This document shows, in pieces, positions 56,651 through 64,000 of a stretch of 64,000 nucleotides of DNA. The notes below the pieces were generated by a model that had not been told where the DNA came from, ran no database searches, and was given only the letters and a program-made list of their open reading frames with translations. Position 1 is the first letter of the stretch, and each line of letters starts with the position of its first letter. The translations under genes were made by a program, and so were the position numbers. This DNA comes from an uncultured Nitrososphaeraceae archaeon (GTDB lineage Archaea; Thermoproteota; Nitrososphaeria; Nitrososphaerales; Nitrososphaeraceae), in the NCBI GenBank assembly GCA_963765895.1, contig CAVXZB010000023.1, positions 224,001 through 288,000 on the forward strand, read 5' to 3'.

Positions 56651-57029
56651 TATTTGTATCGTAAGTGTTGATACACATTCGACATTTTTACCTATCTAAG
56701 TAAACCTATGGTTCTACAATAATTTGATAGATTGACACGTACTCGACAGTTTTTTCAACCAGGTGGCCTCAAATTGATTATGAGGAATTAACTGAAATCC
56801 ATACCGAGTGCATTTATCGTATCTACTATAATTATTAGATTCTAAAATACTAATATCCGACATCTATTCAACGTAGCCAATCTGAGATTGCACTAGTCTA
56901 TCTCCATGCTTAGGTATTAGAGCTGTAAACCGAGTCGAATTTTGTGACCTTCACTGAAAATCCGGATCCGCGCAATTTCCATATCAGTTCAAGTTGAAAT
57001 TAACCATTTCTAAGTTAATCGCGGCAAAT

Positions 57030-57671
57030 CTACCTAGACACGAGTTTAATCTTGTCGAGGTAACTTGGAAGGTCATTAACAAAAGACATGAAGTTACTGA
57101 TAGGTACGACTGGTATTTCTTCAACCAGTTTTATAGCCATGGGATAAAGAGTAAGTAGTACTGGAATAGATGAAGACACAGTTTTTCTATTTGACATAAA
57201 TACGTATGCCCTGTGAATTTGCTTTATAGCATAAGATGAAGTAGATTTTAAATCATTTCGTTGCCAATGCTTGCAATCAATTAATATGGCTAGTTTAGAG
57301 TAATTGTTGGTTCCAACAACATCAATCTCTATTCTACGAGGTTTATTAAACCGTACATTACACTCAGTTTTATATCCTGACAAGTTAAGAATTTCTGAAG
57401 TGAGCACCTCAAAATCTCTCCAGGTTAGAATTTTAGATATCAACTCAACATCATTCCCATTTTTTAATGCAAGAATTGCAAGTTTGATTCGATCTGAATT
57501 AGAGAACATATAGATATTTTGGGATGTACGACCGACTCCGTTATCCAATAAATATTGCATAACTTGTTTAGAGACTGACCGACTTATAATGTCCAACCTG
57601 CTTTGAAATTCATTTAGAGTTAATTCTGGCATTATTGCACGCATAGCTTTCACTAATAGTAAAGGATCCAT
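57030..57671 (-). CDS. PD-(D/E)xK restriction endonuclease-like (Mrr-cat-like) protein
   Basis: WRDFE, EIDVVG, LIDCKHW, Q motifs. Confidence 0.8.
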   Translation of the reverse strand: MDPLLLVKAMRAIMPELTLNEFQSRLDIISRSVSKQVMQYLLDNGVGRTSQNIYMFSNSDRIKLAILALKNGNDVELISKILTWRDFEVLTSEILNLSGYKTECNVRFNKPRRIEIDVVGTNNYSKLAILIDCKHWQRNDLKSTSSYAIKQIHRAYVFMSNRKTVSSSIPVLLTLYPMAIKLVEEIPVVPISNFMSFVNDLPSYLDKIKLVSR

Positions 57672-58434
57672 ATGATATGATTAGTGGTCGGATATTTGAA
57701 TTAGATAGAATGATCTTAAATTTCGTTGCACAGTGTTATCTTACAGTAAATGCTAATTTGATTTTTAGTCCTACTTAATAAATTTAGAAAAATTCAAGGC
57801 ATATCTGAAATTAGCATCTTCAAATGTAATTAGTGACAACTAGTAATAAGATTAGCGAGGAAGCTTGTAATTGGTAACCTGAAAATCGAACACCGTATCC
57901 AAGCGTGTGATATCAATACAATGAAAGACTGATTCGCCGGAATATAAATATTTACAGGTGTTTAGGCATTTCAAGTTATCAGATTAATAGAGATGCTCTA
58001 CAAATTGGAAATTAGATCGTTTGCCACATCAATCTCGTATCAGAATCATTGTTGGATCATGATAAATGATCGCTTTTTTAGTATTGATAATTATAGTGTA
58101 TCGTCTTCCTTACTATATTATGCTACATGATTCAGTGCAACTACTATAGCGTTTAAAGAGTTAGTAAAGTGGATGATTTGAGTAATAAGTTAATGAGATC
58201 TATGTACTATTTTCTCAAGTACGCTGCATACATTATTTTATTCAAGTATAATTTACAAATTGATGAATAAATGAGTTAAGATCATATGTATTAACAAGCA
58301 CCGGCAGAGTAACCGAACATATCTATTCATTTGAAGATATTTTTAGGTGATTCTATATTAGTTGAATAGAATTATCTTCCTATCGAAATATTTTTTAGAA
58401 AGAGGATAGAGCCATGTATACAGCCTGATCTAGA

Positions 58435-58656
58435 TTGTGTGCCAGTATTAATAAAAATAACGGAATGGGTATAGATATAGATAATATCAATTGCAATATT
58501 TGTGAAATGCCATTGGAGCTTCCCGACCTTGAACAGCATATAGTCTCCCAAGTCCATTTGAGAAACAAAGCTCAACTGGACACAAAACTTAGGATTCTTA
58601 ATACGGCCGAGCTAAGGCAACAATCTGTACTACATAAATGGCTAGAATCAGCATAG
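58435..58656 (+). CDS. Small C2H2 (U1-like) zinc-finger protein
   Basis: CNICEMPLELPDLEQHIVSQVH. Confidence 0.7.
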   Translation: MCASINKNNGMGIDIDNINCNICEMPLELPDLEQHIVSQVHLRNKAQLDTKLRILNTAELRQQSVLHKWLESA

Positions 58657-58764
58657 TGAATATATCTAATTTCTGGTCAACTTTATACCTGCCATATTAA
58701 TAAATGACACATCGATAATGTAACTGAATGGTTATTTTGTTTTCTTATTACAGATTTGTGGAAG

Positions 58765-59022
58765 TTACTGAGCAAAATTAGGGACTGTTTGTGAACGGAT
58801 ATCATTGTAGGTCTCTAAATAAGACATTCCCTTCATAGTCGTTAAGTATTTCTTATCGATTTGCCTATATGCGATCAGATCATGTACCAATAGAACATGA
58901 AGGTATTCAGTTAGGTCTACCGAAGATAACGAAGTTCTGGAGATTATTGCCGATGATTTGATACCTACTGTGGCTGCCTCCAAAATGAATTCAACTATGT
59001 CGCTAGGGTTTTCAAATGTCAT
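58765..59022 (-). CDS. Winged helix-turn-helix protein
   Basis: DIVEFILEAA...LTEYLHVL...YLTTMKGMSYL. Confidence 0.8.
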   Translation of the reverse strand: MTFENPSDIVEFILEAATVGIKSSAIISRTSLSSVDLTEYLHVLLVHDLIAYRQIDKKYLTTMKGMSYLETYNDIRSQTVPNFAQ

Positions 59023-59493
59023 TATGAGATCAACTAATACCTTTAGAACTGCTATTTATGAAAAGCTCTCACAAATTCTCGTTCTAATGTCAGGTTCTAT
59101 CAAATAATACTCTTATCCTGCGAGTTCGAGACTAATATTTTCACGATATATTTCAAGGTTCTTGTGTTCACGGCATGAGGTATGACATATTGTAATAATA
59201 ATTTGGTCAGTCTATTTAGTTACTGCGAGTAGCAATCATAGTAATTGAAATCAACACTATTATAAAATTACAATTGATCGGCTTTCACTCAGCAGGGTAG
59301 CTAATCAATGAACCACAGGTATTTTACTAAACATAGATACAAATATTTATCTCGCTAGTTGCTTAGATACTACTCTATCAACTAAAAGAAGCTTAATAAA
59401 CTATTGGAGTTTTTTAACTCCAGTAACATCAGAGGTATTTCCCATGTACATTTAACTCAAATCCACTAATAATATACCAGCATAACAAATACA

Positions 59494-60645
59494 GTGATAT
59501 CTGGAATTCAAAGATTGCTGTTTATATTATCCCTATTGTTACTGGCTATAACTATATCTAACTTTTCAACATATAATATGATTCTCGCTGACAATAACAA
59601 GAAATTATCAATACAATGTGCAGATACCATACCATGCTTGGACGGGATTTGCATAGGTAACTCATGCTCACCCGCGAAGAATCAATATGCGAGCGATGCA
59701 TCTTATAAAACAAAACAATCGATTAATATTGAAGGTTCCTCCAACAGCTTTGAACAGATTAGATCTAGCACAAATTCTATGGACATGCATCAAAATACAA
59801 ATAATGGCAATATGTGTATTAAGTCACCAGTCTCGACAGTGATCAACACTTCAGGGAAAAAAGATTGGAAGGATGTTAAAGATGTATTGGACAATAATCT
59901 CAATACAAAATGGTCATTGAAAGATGGCAAATCATATATTCAAATGGATTTGGGTGGAATTAAAAGTATCTGTAGCATAGACATTCACTGGTACAAGGCA
60001 GAAAAGGGAACATATCACTTTGTGATATCTACATCGATGGATGGAATTACGTTCACAACTATATTAAGAGGAACAAGTGATAGCACAAGTATAGGATCAG
60101 AAAACTATCCAATCATAAAGGATTTGCAGGGCAGATATATCAGACTTGATGCTTCCAGGGATTCAGACGTGTCTGGCGTATCAGAAATAGGAATATATAC
60201 AAAAAATATTAAAAACGTGAATGCATCGGGCACTCAGCCACCGCAGTATCTGATGAGCTCAAATAATTCATCATCACCAATTTCTAAATTAGACAAACGG
60301 CTCGCACCGAGCCAGTATATAGATCTCATATCTCCATTAATAGAAACAAATCATTTACCGGTGATTATAGACAAGAATGTTGAAGATACTTCTTCCGCAT
60401 CGGCTATTCAAATTAGCCTGGCAGGAAATGACATCAATAAATCCGGTGCCTTAAAATTCTCAATTATCGAGCTACCTGTCCACGGGATTTTGAGACAAGG
60501 CTCAACTGCAAACAGCATAATATATACACCGATAAACGGCTTCACAGGCAGAGATACCTTCACATATAATGCAATTGACGACCACGGCAAAGAAAATTTG
60601 AAAGGAAGAGTTAATATCCTAATAAGCAACAATTACCCTTTATAA
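59494..60645 (+). CDS. Secreted protein with discoidin (F5/8 type C) domain and Ig-like (Big_9-like) domain
   Basis: Signal peptide, four-Cys cluster, DNNLNTKWS...IQMDLG...GRYIRL, PVHGIL...YTPINGFTGRDTFTY. Confidence 0.85.
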   Translation: MISGIQRLLFILSLLLLAITISNFSTYNMILADNNKKLSIQCADTIPCLDGICIGNSCSPAKNQYASDASYKTKQSINIEGSSNSFEQIRSSTNSMDMHQNTNNGNMCIKSPVSTVINTSGKKDWKDVKDVLDNNLNTKWSLKDGKSYIQMDLGGIKSICSIDIHWYKAEKGTYHFVISTSMDGITFTTILRGTSDSTSIGSENYPIIKDLQGRYIRLDASRDSDVSGVSEIGIYTKNIKNVNASGTQPPQYLMSSNNSSSPISKLDKRLAPSQYIDLISPLIETNHLPVIIDKNVEDTSSASAIQISLAGNDINKSGALKFSIIELPVHGILRQGSTANSIIYTPINGFTGRDTFTYNAIDDHGKENLKGRVNILISNNYPL

Positions 60646-61068
60646 AATAAGTCTATAACTATTTTATTGGATCTGATAAATAGTGATATAGCACTTCAAT
60701 TGATTTAAAAATACCCAAGACCTCCGTAAATGTGATGCACTATGACAGTAAGTTATGAATCGTGTCTCCCAGGAGTCCATATAGTTGGAGGTTATGAACA
60801 AATTTGCCGCACGCTCGAGATTAATGCGGTATGCGAAAAGGTACCGATTAAAAAACTCGATAGATTTCATGGAAGATAATGATAGCCAGTCACTTTGGAC
60901 ATTCATTAACCCATGACGAATATTTTAGAGGATAATCCTCTAGAAATACATCTAACAACCTAGTCCTAGAAAATTAGAATCTCCAGTAATATTGTATTAA
61001 TATTATTGTGTAGTATTATATTTCACATCTATCATTACAATCAGTATAACTGAGACTTATTTGTGTAA

Positions 61069-61102
61069 GGGGCATTTTGGTCGAGATATGCAAAAATGCC
61101 CC
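61069..61102. repeat. 10-bp inverted repeat
   Basis: GGGGCATTTT-N14-AAAATGCCCC in an intergenic region. Confidence 0.7.
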
Positions 61103-61515
61103 ATAATACCGAATTTTAATCTTGAGTCAACTTAACGTAATCCACTTACGCCAGGGGACCATTGATTTAGTTCGTTAATACTGTAACAATCTGCACCTTC
61201 AAAAGGCTTGATCTACCATGATTAGAGTTACGACGAGATCGAGAAGTTGGAATTATGGCGCTACAGACTAACTACATTTCGAACGTCCAAACATAACGTG
61301 ATAAAAGTCAAAAATGGTCAGTCTTTTAGTTTAGTCGTATGGATATATCCAAAACCATTTGCATTGTATCAACACTTAAAGAGATAGTTTAATTGGGTTA
61401 TTGAGTGGTCTGTTTAATGATTTTATATTTGAATTTTATCATATTGTGTTAATTAAGATAACTTTGTTAAACAGTATCTAAATAAGGAAGAAGTAGTAAC
61501 TATTGTATACCACGT

Positions 61516-61950
61516 ATGAATGAACGAGACTCTGAGGACGACGATGCTGAATATGCTGATGTGCCTAACGTTTCTTCATCTCGCCAGCAAGTTCTCTCTG
61601 TAATAGATAGCTTCATAGAGCAGATCTTGCATATTAGAAAAACTTTGCTTGGCGTCTCTATTTCTTCATTAATATTAGCTCCACTTGCAATAGGACTTTC
61701 AATATTCTTGTTACGACATCCCTCTTTTTTTGTTATTTTGGAAATAGAGAACGAATTTGGTTTGATCCTTAGCATCCTGCTCGGGTCTGTCATTATTATT
61801 TCATCTTTATGGTTGATTGCCGGTATCAGGCAGTATCGTTCAGTAGGTTCTTGGAACAAGAAATACAAAGCATATCAAATTGATAAACAAGAATTAGATA
61901 AGAAAATTGCGGCTCAGTTTATTTTAGATCGAGATGATAACAAATCGTAA
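61516..61950 (+). CDS. Two-TM membrane hypothetical protein
   Basis: Acidic N-terminus, two TM helices, charged C-terminal helix. Confidence 0.75.
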   Translation: MNERDSEDDDAEYADVPNVSSSRQQVLSVIDSFIEQILHIRKTLLGVSISSLILAPLAIGLSIFLLRHPSFFVILEIENEFGLILSILLGSVIIISSLWLIAGIRQYRSVGSWNKKYKAYQIDKQELDKKIAAQFILDRDDNKS

Positions 61951-62002
61951 TATCAAAAAATGAACATTATACCATGAAAACTCATCGTTTAGAATAGTGT
62001 GG

Positions 62003-62383
62003 TTAAAATGAAAACCATAAGAATGATTTTTCTGTTCCTTTGTTATTTTCATTCTCTACATCAAAGAGTCCTTTTTTTGCTTCATTACCGTGACTCCGCC
62101 TGGGAAACATTCTTTCGTAAGGTTCCAGGATCGTTCTGGAAAACTCAATTCCCTTCTCAGATGGCCTATAAATAGTAATTCGTCGTTTATTAGACCTGAT
62201 TTCTCGTTTAGTAATCAATCCATTAAGCTCCAAATTGTCAAGAATGAACTTGTGCTTTTTAAGATTCAATCCGCAGAAACTAATTAAAGCTGTCTGATTC
62301 ATTTCGCCATATTCAACAAGCTTTAGGATCAGATCTTTGACAATGTAAATCCTGTCTCTATATGTTGATTGGGAACCAGCCAT
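62003..62383 (-). CDS. Winged helix-turn-helix transcriptional regulator
   Basis: YRDRIYIVKDLI...NQTALISFCGLN...LELNGLI...YRPSEKG. Confidence 0.82.
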   Translation of the reverse strand: MAGSQSTYRDRIYIVKDLILKLVEYGEMNQTALISFCGLNLKKHKFILDNLELNGLITKREIRSNKRRITIYRPSEKGIEFSRTILEPYERMFPRRSHGNEAKKGLFDVENENNKGTEKSFLWFSF

Positions 62384-62693
62384 CAGAAATTAACTTACTC
62401 TCTTACTAATCAACAAATAATCTTCCATGTCATAATAATAACTTAACTAAACAATATGAAGTAATAGTCCATTTTTGTTATGAGAGTAGTATGCGAATCT
62501 GCAAAAATCTGATTCAATGGAAGCAGCCTTACGTTGATATCATGAGATAAGGGAAATTTATGCTAGACACATTTTCATTCCGACTGGCTGACTTCTAAGC
62601 GATTTGACTGGAATAAACTAGTATGAAATTGAGTATTTAGCTTCACATTCTGTGCAATATAGCCGCGCTTAAATCTGAAACTGCCACAATTCC

Positions 62694-63236
62694 TTAACTT
62701 GATTTTTTAGATAGCACTGATTTCAGCCAATGAATACCAGATGTGGTAATCGTAAAAAGCATGGTGTCGACTCCATCTTTTGTATTATTTCGAAGTACGT
62801 GGCCTGACTTTACTAACTCAGATAAACGCGAGCTTACGGATTTTGGATTCAGCGTGGTGGCAAATTGAATCTGGGATAGACTCATTCCATCGATCTCGGT
62901 CCTTCCTAGCTCTTTTACAATTCTTGACGCTACTAACTGCAATGCGACCATTTGTTTATCAGAAACCTTTTTTATTCCTGTTTCTCTGGAATCTAAAATT
63001 ATTCTCGGTCCCTCAGCCGTAATCTTAATGAAGGCTGCAAAAGACTCTATCAATTCTGTAGATGAATAATTTAGGGAAATTCTCTTGGCAAGATCTAAAG
63101 TTGGTACTTGCTTCGATATAAATGCTATAGCAGATCGTAGAACAGATTCCGCAGATCCATTGAATTGTACTTTTATGTCTCCAATTGCAACTGAAACGCT
63201 AACGCTTGTGCTGTTAATATCATGATCATTTGACAT
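62694..63236 (-). CDS. Hypothetical protein with C-terminal winged HTH
   Basis: LNPKSVSSRLSELVKSGHV...FTITTSGIHWL. Confidence 0.75.
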   Translation of the reverse strand: MSNDHDINSTSVSVSVAIGDIKVQFNGSAESVLRSAIAFISKQVPTLDLAKRISLNYSSTELIESFAAFIKITAEGPRIILDSRETGIKKVSDKQMVALQLVASRIVKELGRTEIDGMSLSQIQFATTLNPKSVSSRLSELVKSGHVLRNNTKDGVDTMLFTITTSGIHWLKSVLSKKSS

Positions 63237-64000
63237 CTTTATTACTCCAAAAAAATCCTAGTCGATAAATAGGAAGCATAAGACTTCTGAAGCTCAAAAA
63301 GCTCGGATAGACTAGCGTATTTTCTTAAGACATTAATACATAACGAGCTTACAAATTCATAATCAAGATTCATATGATGTACACCTTTAATGATCATATT
63401 TGTATCTCGGAGTAACTTATTCATTTAGATTTGATGTTTATATAATTAGATAGCGCCTTAATAAAGATAATATTAATGGCTCCGTTCTCGGCGAGAAGCA
63501 AATTGAGTACTATAAAAAAAATATTGAACTATGCAAGAATTTATGATTAATGTTCAGTCGTGAAATTTTCTGGATTAAATCCTTATCTGTCCCATCGTAT
63601 GTAACATTACCCTCTTAATATATAAATTCTAGATAGTGAATAATACATGTTTATCTGTACATTGATTTTTGGGGCAACAAACATGCGGTAAGTTCAATCT
63701 ATGGGCCAAAATATGAATATTGGTTCTGAAAACGATGTTCGTGACCTCTCGTGTAGTTGTATAGTCAACAGTTCTAAATTTTAGTCTCCAAGGCACTGTA
63801 TAATTATTTAATTAAATTCAGTCTTGTAATCGGCAGTCCACAGTCGTTATCAGGACAGTGATAAATGGTTTCGACTTTTAGATCATCCTCTCGCTCCGAA
63901 GGTTGTCGCTTTTGTCGTATGAAAAAAATACTATCGAAATGTCTACCAATGTATAGGTGTGTGTACGTACGAACAAAAGTACGTCGATGGTCTATCTAGA

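Noticed and set aside
57030-57671. Restriction-modification or antiphage island
   Set aside because: Solitary nuclease-fold gene with no methyltransferase or other defence genes nearby.
63805-64000. Possible 3' end of a minus-strand gene (...IYHCPDNDCGLPITRLNLIK*)
   Set aside because: Truncated by the window edge and interrupted by a stop or frame change; cannot be supported.

Overview
AT-rich archaeal chromosomal DNA. GatDE, archaeal ThrRS, Hel308, L13e, aIF-1A, a CdvB/ESCRT-III paralog and many secreted NHL, PQQ-propeller and discoidin proteins suggest a soil ammonia-oxidising archaeon (Nitrososphaeraceae-like; an inference from gene families). Housekeeping genes (nadM, gatD, gatE, glnA, thrS, valS, hemD, a GPT/AglH-like transferase) are interspersed with long spacers and accessory genes. 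One complete 949-bp IS5-family element has 18-bp IRs and an 8-bp target duplication. About nine genes, including essential thrS, are broken by single-base indels, mostly +1, which most likely reflects sequencing or assembly error. The most interesting items are: a degenerate KaiC-like ATPase fused through a Zn-binding linker to an atypical class III nucleotidyl cyclase; a second, HTH-fused cyclase and a MEDS-like sensor; a secreted peptide with 30 consecutive histidines; two unannotated zinc-finger microproteins; and an aIF-1A gene lacking a canonical start codon at its conserved N-terminus. No rRNA, tRNA or CRISPR array was recognised. All family assignments are from motif recognition only; no searches were run.
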